Source of the DNA: Marsupella aquatica
Taxonomy: Eukaryota; Plantae; Marchantiophyta
Length of the DNA: 64,000 nucleotides
Assembly (NCBI GenBank): GCA_973895155.1
Contig: OZ316891.1
Location: forward strand, 17,077,651 to 17,141,650
Direction: 5' to 3'
How positions within the stretch are numbered: position 1 is the stretch's first letter; the number at the start of each line of letters is the position of its first letter. Under the pieces are notes generated by a model. The model did not search any database. It saw only the letters and a program-made list of their open reading frames with translations, and was not told the DNA's origin. Both the position numbers and the translations under genes were made by a program. Of the stretch, positions 36,764-49,400 are shown piece after piece.

Positions 36764-38028
36764 ACGTGTGGGCTCCGGGCACACGTTAGCATAGTGGCCA
36801 GCCACTCTACAATTGTAACAGATAGGGATCTTTCTTACTCCCGGATACGGTGGCCTATTCCCGGGAGTAGCATTGGAATAGTTGGCATATGGGGGTGCTC
36901 CAGTGTTAGTTGAGAGCCCATGAATGCTCCTTGGTCCCGGGTTGAGCGGCTGCACACTATACACATTGGCCTCCGGTGGCTCCTCCATGAAGTACTCAAC
37001 TGGCCCCTCCGCTGCATAGGAAGAGGTTGAGTAGCTGGCTCCTTCAACGTCCTCCTCCCATACTTGGAAAACCTTGGCTGGTTCTCTTGCTGGACACTCC
37101 TTTGGGGTATGACCAAACTTCATGCACTTGGTGCACCACACGTTGGCTCTTTCCATTGGAACCTTTCTCCTCTCTAGCTTGAGACCTGCAAAGTGCACCT
37201 TCAACACTTTCATTTGCTCTGTCAACTCATCATACCTGGCCTCTTGCTCCTTGAGACGTCTTGCCGTAGACAATGGTGTAACGGCCACCGTGGGTAGCAC
37301 AACTTCTCGATGAGACGACTTCTTGGCCTTCTTGGACAACTTCTTCTTCCTCTTCTTTTGCTTCTCAGCTTCTGACTCCGTAGTGTCTGACTTTGTAGTG
37401 CTCTCAGAGTCCTCGGATTCATCACTATTATCCGACTCGGATTCACTTGATTCCTCACTAGAGGAATTGTCCATAGGCTTCAACTTCTTTCTTTGGCAGC
37501 ACTTGCTTGTGGCATTGGCGGCAGTGTATGACTCCGTTGCTGCAATAGCCTCAGCCAATGTGGTTGGTTTGGCCTGTCATACAAAGAACCCCATCTTGCT
37601 TGGTAGGGCAGCTACAAACCACGCTTGTCGCATAGCATCATCGGTACGGGCTTGTATCCGCCTTACCAACTTCTGGAATCTTTGCAAGAACCTTCGTAGA
37701 GACTCTTTCTTCTTCATTCTTAGTTGACCCACCTTCAACAGGGATGTGGCTTCCACTCCAATAGATCGGAACTCCTTCAAGAATGCTTGCTTGAACAAAG
37801 CCCAATCAGCTTTCACGTTGGGTAGCAACGAGATGAACCATGGGCCTGCCTCCCCCCTCATCATTCCAAGAATGATAGTGAGCTTGTGGGCAGATTCTCC
37901 ATTGGCTTCAACAATCCCTTCAAATTCTTTGATCCATTCGTCTGGGTCATCTTTTGGTCTTCCCTTGAAGGGTACGTACTGAACACGGGTACGTTGAGTA
38001 GCTGCCATTGGTGCATCTGGTCCCCGTA

Positions 38029-41000
38029 TGTGGTGCGTCCCATGGCTCCCTAAACCCAAGAAACCCCCCCAGCACAAGCCGATTCCCGCAGGTTTTGTGC
38101 TTGGCGAGGCCGTTTCCGCGGCTTAGCGGCATGGGACGCTGCTAACCTCCTTCTACTACTACTATTAACATTTTACACACATATACTGGACAGATCCTTC
38201 ATCGGGTCATGAGATACGTAGCCGGCCTAATCTATGCCTTCCCTTGTCTTCCCCTCCGTCTTGTTAGGTATGTTTGGATTCCGCCGCCGGAATGATCCCC
38301 AATAGGCTTGGTTAAGCCGCTAAGACCTCTCTCAGCTCGACACATCCAACTCTCACTCCCCTGCTTACTTTCCTTCCTCTATTAGTTGATGTGGGCACTC
38401 TTCACACAAGTTAATGCGACACACAAATAGCAAAATGACTCCTTCTGACTGAGTCATACCATGCACTTGCCATACAAACAGTACATCTCATACACAAGGT
38501 CTGCGAACTAAGCCGTGAGGCCAACTCTATTCAGCTCTTAGGCATGAGGAAACATGAATATACACAAGGGTCACTGTGTGACTAACCGAGAGCTTCTCTT
38601 ACTACTTGATCCCAGCCCGGTTGGTGCAAACTAAAAACTTGCTAAAGAAGAGGCCCTGAGCTCCCCGCTGCCCAGGTACTTATCCTGGTAGTGGATCCGC
38701 CTAATTCTTTGCAGCGTAAGCCTAATCTACCTAACTGGATCTACCTATGTACAGCGAGGCAGAAGTACAAGTGTTGCTCTTACCAGTGGAACCGCAATCC
38801 CACTAAGCTAAGTGTCAGGGCCGCCTCCTGGTCCTGATCCTAATCCTAAACTTAGAGATCTGAGCCCGCCCTGCCCACTCACGCCTCCTCCCTCCACGTC
38901 CGCCCTCCTTGAAAGGAGCGGCCCTCCACCACCGTCATGGCAGCGGTGGCTGTTCCTCAGTGGACGCCCCCAACGCTTCCACCTCAGCCACTGCCGTAGG
39001 TTCGTTCTCTGACAGATTACCTGCCCTTGACTGAGTCAACTCTCCATCGGCCTGACTGGGTCCACCCTCGGCTTCGACCTCGGCTCGGAAATCATTCTCG
39101 ACTCCGGCCTCAGCCTTGGCTACGGCCTCAACTTCGGCCACGGCCTCCCCGGCCTGCTCAAGAGGTGGATCTGGGATACCGGCCTCATTACTGAGTAGTT
39201 CGGCTTGGGCCGCGCCATCCCCACCTTTGGTGATAGCGGGATCTATTGCCGTGTTCATGCCGGAGGTTGGTACCGGTTTGAGTATGGCTTGAGGGGTCGA
39301 ATAACCTCCGGACCCCAAAGGTTTCCGCTTCTTCTTCTTCACTATCTCCATAGCCGGTTCCTTCCCCTTGCCGCCAACGTCCGGCACCGGGCCGTGTGTC
39401 ACGGCTGGTCCTTCGGCAATTACCACCCCGGGTAACTGGTTTGCCCCAACGGGAGATGGACCTGATGCAGCTAAGCATTTAAATACTGCGGCTTGTTTCT
39501 TCAGCCGCTCTGTTTGGTTGTCGGCCCGCCGCTGTAGGTTCTCCATCTTCCTTGTGATTTCCTCCAACTCCTCCTGGGTCTCATCCAGGTCCTTACGTGC
39601 CTCTTCCAGCTCGTTTTTGGCTTCCTCCAATTCCCTGTGGGCTTCCTCCAATTCCTTCTTGGTGGTAGCCCTCTCCTCCTGGGTTGCTCTTAGCTCCTTG
39701 TCGAGCTCCGCTACGACCTCAGACTCCATGTTATTCATCTTGGCATAAGTCTGGTCGAGCTGGGCGTTCTTCTCCCGCAGGTCGGCCTTGAAGCTGGCCG
39801 TCAGGGATGCAAGCTCCTGCTGTAGCGCAATAATCCCTTGATAGGCTTTCCCTAACTCGGCCTCCTTCTGCTCAAGGGCTCTGCGGATGACCTCAAGCTC
39901 TTCCTTCAGCGCCCTCTCCCTTCTTTGAGTCTCCGCCGTGACCCGGTTGTTGACTGCTATATGGGCCTCCTCTGCATCCCTCAGCTCCTTCTTCCATTTC
40001 TCCCTGTCCTTGATTGCGTCGGCCAATTCTCCCTGGGTCTGAGTCAGTTTATCCTTGATAATCTGACTATCAGCCTGCGCGGTGTCCAACTGCCCCTGCA
40101 TGATGTTTAGCTCATGCCGCTTAATCCGCAGTTCATCTTGGGCTTTCTTGGCCGTCCTTAGATCTTCAACCTCGGCTTCCATCCTCCTAAGCCGTCGGAT
40201 GACCTCATCCTTCTTGCTTCTCTCTAAAGCCACCGCTTCTTCTAATTGGTGCTTCTCCAACTGCTCCCTATGGAAAAAGGGTCCTACCTCCAACTCCTCC
40301 CCAAAGATGCCGAGCGCAAGTTCCCCACATATCTCACCATACTCCATGGCTCTATTCTTAGCGTAGGTGGAGTAAGTAGAAGTGATCGGCATCGCCCATT
40401 GCGGCCTCTGCTCCCAAGCCGTCTTGCGGATCTCTTCAATCGTGGCTAGAGGTTTGCTTCCTTTTTCGGCTAGCCGCCTGATGTCCTCCGGCCAATCTCC
40501 TCCTGGAAAATCCTTTTCCCTAGCCAGGGCTGCCTTTTCTACTTCCCTAAGTCGCTCCTGAAATTCCTGTGCCGTCTGCTTTATGCCATCAAAGCTCGGG
40601 GGAGCAACATCTGGTGGGGGAGACTCGGGGCTACTCTGCTAGTTGGGGTCCCCTCAAACTACCCTTGGAAGTGTGGGGATAAACCGGCCACAGGTCCTTA
40701 CTCCTGGAACGTGATGGTCCGACCCATAGCCGGAGTTATCATGGCTGCAGTCCTCCACTGCCTCCACCTCTTGGACTTCCGGCTTCTCCCTCTCCTCTTC
40801 GCCGGTAGGAGCTTCAGGCAATTTTGCCTCAGATTCAGAGCTTGAGACTCCCACGTACATTCGAACACCCGGCTTGGATTCTGGCCTGATTCTCTCCTTA
40901 TTTCTGGTGAAGGGGTTTTCCCTTCTAAGTTTGCTTAGGTTGACCTCTGGGGCAGTGTCCTATATTGGTGCCGCTGCCAAAGCTGGTGCCAGTGCCGTCT

Positions 41001-42696
41001 TTTCCTTCTCCAGCATTTTCAGCAGATTCTGCATGCTTGGTTGCTGCATCGGCAAGTCTTCCTTCCTTGGCCTAAACACCTGCTCAATCATAGGGCTAAC
41101 AGGTGGTTGAGGCTTCTCTGCTACCGGCCTCGGTGCTGGAGCTTCCTAGGGTGCCCTTACCTGTAGGGGAAGTACTGGGGCAAAGGTCTGACCTCTGGCA
41201 TACCGGCACAACAGTGGCATGTGATAGCCAAGCCGCGACACGCTCCCCAGGCCGATTACCTGCTGCTCCTCCTTTAAGATCTTCTTCAATTGGTTGAGGA
41301 GGTACCCGTTGTAGTCCTGGCTTGGGTCTGGCCTCTCTGCCAGATAGACCTGTGCCTTGCCGATCTCTGCCCTCGGCAAGTTACAATGCATGGTCACCCG
41401 CAAGAAGTCGATCATCTCTCCTATGTGCGGGTTTGTGCAGGTGTTCCGGAAGAAGCCATTCTTTGTTGATGGCCCGGGGAACGACCGGAACTCCTTGTCA
41501 GGCAAGGTCTTCCTGGTATCAACTTTGGTCTTATTGCCTATCGGCAAGCCAAACACTTCGGCAATCACCTTGGGAGTAAGATAGAAATCCTTCCCATATA
41601 TCCTCGTGGAATTGGTCTCGGGTTCCCATGACCCCACGAATTCTAATAGGTCTGAATCCGGCACCTCCGGCTTGAGCCATGGTAATCTTACAAAGGCCTC
41701 TAAGCCGGATTCGGCCATGAAGCCTTGGTACTTCTTGGTCTGCATGGCCGTAAAGCATGCATCCTCCTCCCGTGCAAAATATAGTTGCACCTCCTCTGGT
41801 AGGGTTGCCGCCCAGCCTTTCCAGGTGTCATCCCTGGTTGGAATGGCATTGATGGGATTGTCCTCCTCTTTGGCTTCTCCCTGCCTCCTGCTCTGCTGCT
41901 CGGCTGGCTTCTTTGGTGCCGCCGACCTCGTTCTTTTTGCCGGGGTGGCTTCATCGTTGACGGCTCCCTTCCTCTTCATTTCGGCTCCCGTGGATGTCTC
42001 TCCTAGCACGGTTGCCTTTGTCCACCCCTCCGTGCTACCCTTCAACTCCCAGTGTATGTTGTTGCAGCGTTTGATGGCTTCTCGGATGCTGACGACTCTA
42101 TCTTCGCAAAATAGAAGATCGTCGAGCTGATTGGAAGTAGGAGTCCACAGGAACTCGGCCTTGATGAGTTCGCCTCCTAAGAAAGCCGTCTTCTGCAGCT
42201 CCCACAATCGAGCGAGCTCCTGCCATTCTCGAGCTGCCCTTTCTGATTCCTCGTCCTTGTAAGTCTTGATGTACTCAGTTTCCCGTTCGAACAGGCATCC
42301 CCAGAAATGTGCCACTTGATTGACGTTGCTCATACCCTCCTTAGGTCGATCGTCGGTATCTGCTCTCTGCCCGAGTGCTTGCCTAAGCAGCTGACAGTAG
42401 TTGGCCTCCCGTAGTCGTCTGCCTAGTTCGTGCTCGCAAATGAGCCACCATTCCCTGCAAGCGCTCCTTACCCCTCTCCTCTTCCGGTCCTTCCTCTCGT
42501 TGATCCTTCCTAGCCGCCGACGCTTAGCGTGCCCTAACCCTAATCTTGTTTTCACCCCCAGCGTCCTTACCTCCGGCCTCGGCCCGGGTTCCATAGTCGC
42601 CCCTAATTGTTTATATTTTCCTTGTTTTGTCCCTATACTAAGGTGTTTCTAGGGTGCACTCCTGCTTTACCCACTTAACTGGCCGAGTGATTCACA
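38029..42696 (-). mobile_element. Solo LTR E, a diverged copy of the B LTR family
   Basis: Reverse-complement match to the B LTR over its length. TSD CCGTA at 38024-38028 and 42697-42701. The 5' end lacks about 13 bp relative to B. Confidence 0.93.
38935..42594 (-). pseudogene. LTR-encoded protein gene in E with several premature stops
   Basis: Pieces 41146-42594, 40654-40860 and 38935-40392 align with the B LTR protein. Confidence 0.92.
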
Positions 42697-43025
42697 CCGT
42701 ATCAACACCGTATCAACACCGGCGGTAATGGCGTATGTTGGGCCACCGGTAACGGCAATGCTGATAGGTGTGAGATGATTTGTGGCGATGCAGTGAGCTC
42801 TGGGATCAGATTTGGCCGTAACTCAGACTGCATCAACACAAAGGGCTCCCCTTCCTCTAGAACATGATCTACATCTGGCTCTTCGTCTAGACGTATGGCC
42901 TCGTTGTGTTGAGACCCTTCTTGCGGCACACCAACTTGTTCTTCCAGCTCCCGTGGCAACCTCCTCTCTTCTGCAAGCCATAATCGTTCTTCGGTAGCAA
43001 CCCAAGAGGGCACTCGGTCTAGCTT

Positions 43026-43371
43026 AGGCGTACGTGAGTGTTGGGGGCTTGCTCTTCCTCCCCTTCTTCCTCTTGGCATCCCATTGAGATCTGCATGCCA
43101 AGCTCACGCAAAAATATCACCAACAAGTCTTCCTCAAACATCAACCGTCGCAAGTTGCGTTGTGGTTGACGCACAATAACAGAGTAACCAAAAAACTCAG
43201 GCGTACGTGAGTGTTGGGGGCTTGCTCTTCCTCCCCTTCTTCCTCTTGGCATCCCATTGAGACCTGCATGCCAAGCTCACGCAAACATATCACCAACAAG
43301 TCTTCCTCAAACATCAACCATCGCAAGTTGCGTTGTGGTTGACGCACAATAATAGAGTAACCAAAAAAAAC
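43026..43371. repeat. 173-bp tandem duplication in the A leader and gag start
   Basis: AGGCGTACGTGAGTGTTGGGGG at 43026 and 43199; partial third unit at about 43381. Confidence 0.9.
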
Positions 43372-43468
43372 TTCTCACGTATCAACCATCGCAAGCTGCG
43401 TTGTGGTTGATACACTTGAACTCCAAATAGACGTAGCTCCCCTCCTCCTGCAACCAAACAAGGAGAAA

Positions 43469-43488
43469 GATCCCCGGCAGCGGCGCCA
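43469..43488 (-). other. Primer-binding site of A, complementary to the tRNA-Asp 3' end
   Basis: Minus strand TGGCGCCGCTGCCGGGGATC, near-identical to the Athila tRNA-Asp PBS TGGCGCCGTTGCCGGGGA. Confidence 0.88.
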
Positions 43489-43507
43489 AAAACAAGGACC
43501 ACACTTG

Positions 43508-45492
43508 TGTCACCTGCTTATCAAACAATTTACACGACAAATACGTGTTTCCTCCTACTAAAATTGTTTGTTATCGTATGACGGGAACGTGGAGGGACGC
43601 TATTAGGATTCTATTCCATGTAGGATGAGTATGTTTGATTCTGCTCCCGAAAGTGTAATTTTTGATCAAGTCTACCGACTAGCCCCTCTGCTTTTGATCA
43701 AGTCCCATGGACTACGCCACACACATACTCTTGCTGGTCGCTAGTGGAGTGCTGTCACCACCCCCTACTTACATGGTTAACCAATCCGTGCAAGTATTCC
43801 TTAGACGCTTCTTGGGGAAAGAACACAATCGTGAACCAGAAAAGATAACGCCACACCAAAACTTGAGGAATCAAACCAAATCCATATCTTTTGGCAAAAC
43901 GTCGTAACACATTGCAAGGACAACCCGGCCTCCTGCCATATACCCAACTACTGCCTCACTGGGGCAAGTGCTACACCTCTACCTCACTACTCTGGCTTGA
44001 TTCCCTCTTCTGGCTATGAGCTAACTTCCCTAAGCGAACACTAGACTGAGTTCCCCCCCCCCACTACTTCGGGGCTCTCCCCCTAAATACTAAAAAAACA
44101 CACCAAAGCACTCCTTACGGGGTCACAACGATGGCGGCTACCCTAGCGGTGCCTAAAAAAAACCTTCCACGAGGAATCCCTAACCTAAAACATGCGGCAC
44201 ACACATGCTCCTAACACCCTAATCTAACTATGGGACCGTCGGTGCCTTCGACGATGCCAACCGCACTTGGTAGTCACGGGGAAGTGAGGGGGCCACTCAA
44301 GGTCGAAACCCTCAACCATTTTGAACTACTCCCTTGAGGGGGGGCCTGGATAGCTCTGCTCCTCCTGATCATGAATCCGTAAACGGGCTCCGTACGACCA
44401 AGTTACGGATGTTTGAATCTGTAATACGCTCGAGCTCATAACTTCTTCATCCTGACTCCATTCTGGGCGTGCCACACCTTGCCGGAATCAGCTCCTCGAG
44501 CTCCTTCCAACAAGCCCGTGATTCCCCTCATCCAAGGTGTTGCATAATTTAAAATCCGTACGACCAACGTCCGTACGCCTCACTAGTCTTCCCCCGACTC
44601 GCTCACGGAACCGGGACTCCACCCCGGGAATCCTCACTACCGGCGCCCTCCGCTGATGTGGGTGTAACACCTACTATTCTCCTTGCCGGGGGAGTCCTTG
44701 CCGGGGCCTGGCCAGAGGCTCCCCGTCTCCCGATCAAGAACCACTCTCAATTCCCAGAAGTCACCCAATGCTGCCACTGTTGCTATCGTCACAAGATCTC
44801 AATCAAATTTCATAGCTCTCCAAGCCAAGCGCCAAGGGAATACTTCAAAAAAAGCGGGGAGATATGTCGAGAGCTTTCCGCAATGAGGTGTGGGAAAGAA
44901 AATGCATTTGCTTTTGGCACTTGGGTGAGTTACTCTCGGCTTGCGGCCTCCTCCTTGCGCCTACTACCCCACTCGTGGGAGCTTTTACTCCTGCTTGCCT
45001 TCTCCTGCCGGGGCTCGCTACTCCCGGGGCGGCCCTCCATCTCGCGCCTGCTGCCTCCCAACTTGCGGGCACGCAGCCTTACGCTGGGCCCTCCACCTGG
45101 CGCCCCACGGCTTGCAGGCTCCTCCTCCCCGACTGACTCCACCTGGCGCCCCACGGCTCGCGGGCTCCTCCTCCCTGGCTGACTCCGCCATATTACACCG
45201 TGGCCAAGAAAACTGTCTCCAAATATTAATTGGTGGTATCCCCTTAAGATGCCTAATTTTCTTCTCCCACAACGACAAGACCCAAGAGAGCAAAGGGTCA
45301 ATTAAAAAAAATAGTTCCTCCCGGGTTCAAATAGCTCCAGCCCTCCAGAGCAACATGAACACACACCGGGATGATTAACTTTTAAGAAATTAAGAAAAAT
45401 TGAAAAACTCTTGTGTATATTGGCTTATTTATTTACATGCATCTTGCCAATAACACCTAATGGTGACTTTTCGAGACGGGGACCCCGTCACA
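43508..45492 (-). repeat. 5' LTR of A (1985 bp), no long ORF
   Basis: Matches 7098-16479 without D; bounded by the TSD and the PBS region. Confidence 0.95.
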
Positions 45493-46439
45493 GTCTTGGT
45501 ACGTCCCTTCTGGGATTTCATTCGTGTCACTGTCTCTGTCACATTCACAACACGAGGTACTCTTGGAGAATGTTTCTTTAGGACAATTATCTGTACCACA
45601 TTTCTTTCATAAGTTCTACTAAATAGGGGTACTCTAATAGGATATTTGATTTCTAAGAGGAATTAGACCTCATTTCTTCCAAAAGTGCCCTAATTTTAGA
45701 ATTAGACTTCATTTCTTCTTAATTGAGGACAATTGGGGGTTCTTTCATGGGTTATGTCTTGGTATTGAGGAATTGGACTTCAATTGTAATAAAATTTATC
45801 AGCTGGGTGGTTCCATATTGTGATATTACATGGATTGGTGATTTGTACCCTGTTGGAAATGAAGAATTGGACTTTCCGAGGTGTTTACAAAAGGCAGTAA
45901 ACAGCTAACAGCAAAATATAACAGGAACTGGTAACAGCAAAATTTCCTGTTTTGGGAGCACATTTCTCCTGGTATTGTGGCAAAATTAAAAAAATCCGTT
46001 CCTAAAATACTGATAATTATGCGATGTCGAATATTAGCGCCGGGAGTCTACAGGAAAAATAATCACAAACGCATCATGCCGAATACTAGCGCCGGGCGTT
46101 CAAACCCAAAATAATGACACATTAATCGCCCAAACATGCCGAATACTAGAGCCGGCCGCTTCCAATTCTTTGTGCAGAAAATCACGAGAACCTAGGATTG
46201 ATGTTCAGGCTGAGATCCAAGTAGAAACCAAACATTAATAATAGTCTAAGTTCAATATCAAAGCACAGAAGTAGGACTTAACCATGGTATCTGAGTCATA
46301 ACTTCTAAAGGGAAATTGAAAGAAAAGAAACCCGAGATTTTTTATTTAAGTGAAACATATTGTCCTCGGTGTACAAATATTTCTACTTAGGAACACTAAA
46401 GTTTCTAGAACAATTGTAACTAGCGCCAGGCGCTAACAC

Positions 46440-49400
46440 TCCCGGTGGGTGCCTCCTCGTACAATGTCCTATCTCGATGAGTGACATTCATCATCAATCC
46501 CAGAGTCCTGACAATCTGGATCTTGGTGGAAACCATCTAATCGGAAGTTGACATATGCTCTCATGGGCCATCGATAAACTGGCCTTCCATGGAATCGAGA
46601 AGGAGAAAAATGAGAGAAATGGACTTTGAAAGAAACAATAGTATGTCAATAAGGGGCTTGGATTTATCGTTACAGGTCCTCTTGTCGGTACCAGTCTTCG
46701 AGTGAAAGCCAAATGACACTAGGGCAGAAACGACAAATAACAAACGGAAGCTTCCGACGTGTTTTTTGGGTAGCAGCGGGCGCCAATTAACCAAGCCGAG
46801 GAACCCACACAAAGGACGGTACTCAAGACCACATTAACCATTGAAAGGAAGGGGCAACATCCCTAACACTCAATTCATTTTTAATAAATTCAATAGCGCC
46901 CGGCGCTAACAAAAACCAAGGGCATACTCGTACAGTTGGGAGGAAGTTTGACCTGAGAGAGGAGAAAATTGCTACCCTTCAGAGTCAGATTCTGAGCTCT
47001 CATTCTGGGAGCTATGAGATCTATCGGTCGACTCTACCTCATCATCAATATACTTGCTTCTAGAAACATCATCTACGTAGGGGTTCCTCATGAACTTCCT
47101 GTCTACTCCCCTAAGAAGCCTAAGTCCTTTTGTTTCCCAGCAGAGAGTTCTAAATTTCTCTACCTTCCTTGCGACGTTCTCAGCGTATGATGGCAATACA
47201 AATGGCTTCTCGGGAGTGATGATTACATTTCGAGCCACTTTCCTCCAGAGTTGAAACCGTTTTCTTTGGTTCCATTCTGACCTGCTCAAAAGAGAAGCAG
47301 AAGAGAAAGAGGAAGTAAGTACTTAACCGATAGAACTGGTGGAATTGAAGATTAGCCAACAATTGAAAGGATAAAGGAGCTTACGAGAGACGAAAATTAC
47401 TCGAAAGACTCTTCGCTGTCCTCCGTTGACCCATCATGTCGGGTTTCCTCTTTCCCGCCGTCATTGACATCCTCAGGAACATCATCTTCTAGCGTCCCAT
47501 CATCTTCGTCCGAATCAAAGTTGAGGACAGATCTAAGTCTATCTTTCTTTTTTCGTCCGGTTATTTGAGGAGGGGGAGGTTGTGTCTCCAAAGGTTTTGG
47601 AGAAATGAGGTCCAAAAAAATCCTCGAAGCGGTCTCAACAAACTCCCGACGATTTTCTAACCCGATGACAAAACGGCCCGAGTAATCCCCAGCAATGAAC
47701 GTACTACCTGAGCCGACGGTCCAATCAATTACAATATCCTTAGGTATTGTAAAGAGTTCAAGGACAGTTTGCATAAAACCAACCGGCAGTCGAGAATTCC
47801 CAGTAAAATGGAGTTCAGGACAATGATCTTCCTTCAAAGATTGTAGCCCAATAAGGTTCGAGATTGAAGGATCTTCAGCACTAGATAATGGCTTGAATCT
47901 TGGATCCTTTGGGACCTTTCCTTTAAAAGAAACTCGACAAAATATGTCCAGTCTAAGAGTGAAGACCTGCAAAAGTTGACGAACCAACTGGATTTCAAAA
48001 ATCTTTTACTCATGAGAGAAGACCTCCTAAGAAATAAAGAGTAGCGCCGGGCGCTAGTATAGCTATACTGAGAGAGAATATTTACCTGGACATCTGTCTT
48101 GGATTTGTACATTGGGACAGACATGAAAACGTTGTGCGTATTGATGCACATGAACTTCTTGGATTGTTGACATGCAGAAATGACCTGGGAAATCTGATCA
48201 TGGTCATCCGAGTATAAGATAGCGAGCATTCCGTCATCGGAAAGGAAAGGGTCCATCGCCCGAAAGAATAATTCGGCTGCTGTGTGATCTGTGACATTCC
48301 ATTTCGGGACCCGACGGTCAACAATTGTGGGTTTCAAACCAGTTGGGAGATAGATGAAACCCGTATTCACCCCAAATGATCGTTCCTTCCCACCTCGAAT
48401 GATTCCTTTATCTCTACACCCCGATTTGATCAAATCCTTACCCCACTTCTCAGCGTCTGAGACCCAATCTGGCTTCTCTTCCTTACTAAATGCACTATCA
48501 ATAAATTCTGCCAAGCTTGATTCAACCATACAGTGTCTTCCGAGTTTGGTCTTGAAAGTCCCCACATCCCGTTGGATACCGGCCCCAGAAGCATTATCTC
48601 GAGAAGATTCCCAGACATCGACGGTCCTTTTCTTCTTCTTCTTTGTGCTTGTAGCATCCACAGGAACTATAACCTGCCCCTTCTCAACAGGGGTGATGGG
48701 GTCTGGATTGGCACCAGTGTTGGCCTCAGAGACTTCTGGTGTTGCATCGACTTTTGTGTCATCCGTGGCGGCATCAGATTTTCGACCACCTACCCAAAAT
48801 GGTGTCAAGCACAGAAAGAGTGTTAGCGCCAGGCGCTGACCAAACACACCACATTAATTTTGGGAAATATGACACATTAAACTCACAACACATGATAGCG
48901 CCAGGCGCTAACAAAGAAGGAAGTCGGAAAAAGGAGGTGTAGCTTACGTTTTTTCCCAGACTTGGCACTAGCACTTGCCACAGGGGCATCCGCCTTGGCT
49001 TTGGCTCTTGGTTTTCGGCTTCGATCAACATGAACCACTGTGGTTTCACATTTTTTTTGCAACTCAGTCGTCGACGAGTTGACGTCCCCCTCAATTCCTT
49101 GCTTCATGTCGGAGACAAATTGTCTCGGAACTTGGGATTTAGACAGTTTATGGAAAGCATCCTTCTCAGTGTCGTCAAAAGGAGAATCCCATCTGTCGGT
49201 GTCAAGATACCAAGGGCAGTGAATTCTCTCCCACTCTGACAATTTCCTCGGTGGAAGTATACCCTCAGCCGGATACATCGAATACAGTTCGGCCAAAATG
49301 TGTCCATCTGCGCAGATGACCCAATTCTGGAAAGCAGCTGGGTAAGCCCAAAAATAGTCAGGCTTCACAATCTCCATGTGCATGAAGAAACGATAGACAT

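Larger units (their letters stand above)
36764..43079 (-). pseudogene. gag: A gag, split by solo LTR E
   Basis: MPRGRRGG..PPVLIR (43079-42708) joins GPDAPMAATQ..FKGRPKDDPDEW after E is removed. Knuckles CTKCMKFGHTPKEC and CYNCRVAGHYANVC. Stop at 37577. Confidence 0.88.
7098..45492 (-). mobile_element. LTR retrotransposon A (Ty3/gypsy, Athila-like), inactive, hosting nested D, B and E
   Basis: TSD GTCTT at 7093-7097 and 45493-45497. Two near-identical ~2-kb LTRs TGTCAC...GTCACA, tRNA-Asp PBS, PPT, and gag-PR-RT-RH-INT order on the minus strand. Confidence 0.95.

Noticed and set aside
36584-38132. ORFs 36584-37558 and 37577-38077 as novel fusion proteins
   Set aside because: Their extra termini are read-through from A gag into LTRs B and E at the insertion junctions.
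21778-42130. Numerous 60-175-aa antisense and alternate-frame ORFs
   Set aside because: Shadows of GC-rich coding sequence that recur only because the LTRs are repeated.
43469-43488. tRNA gene
   Set aside because: Only about 20 nt match a tRNA 3' end including CCA, next to an LTR; it is a PBS.
45498-45869. Old gag-like remnant hosting A and the MULE
   Set aside because: Only faint knuckle-like peptides with many stops; too weak to annotate.
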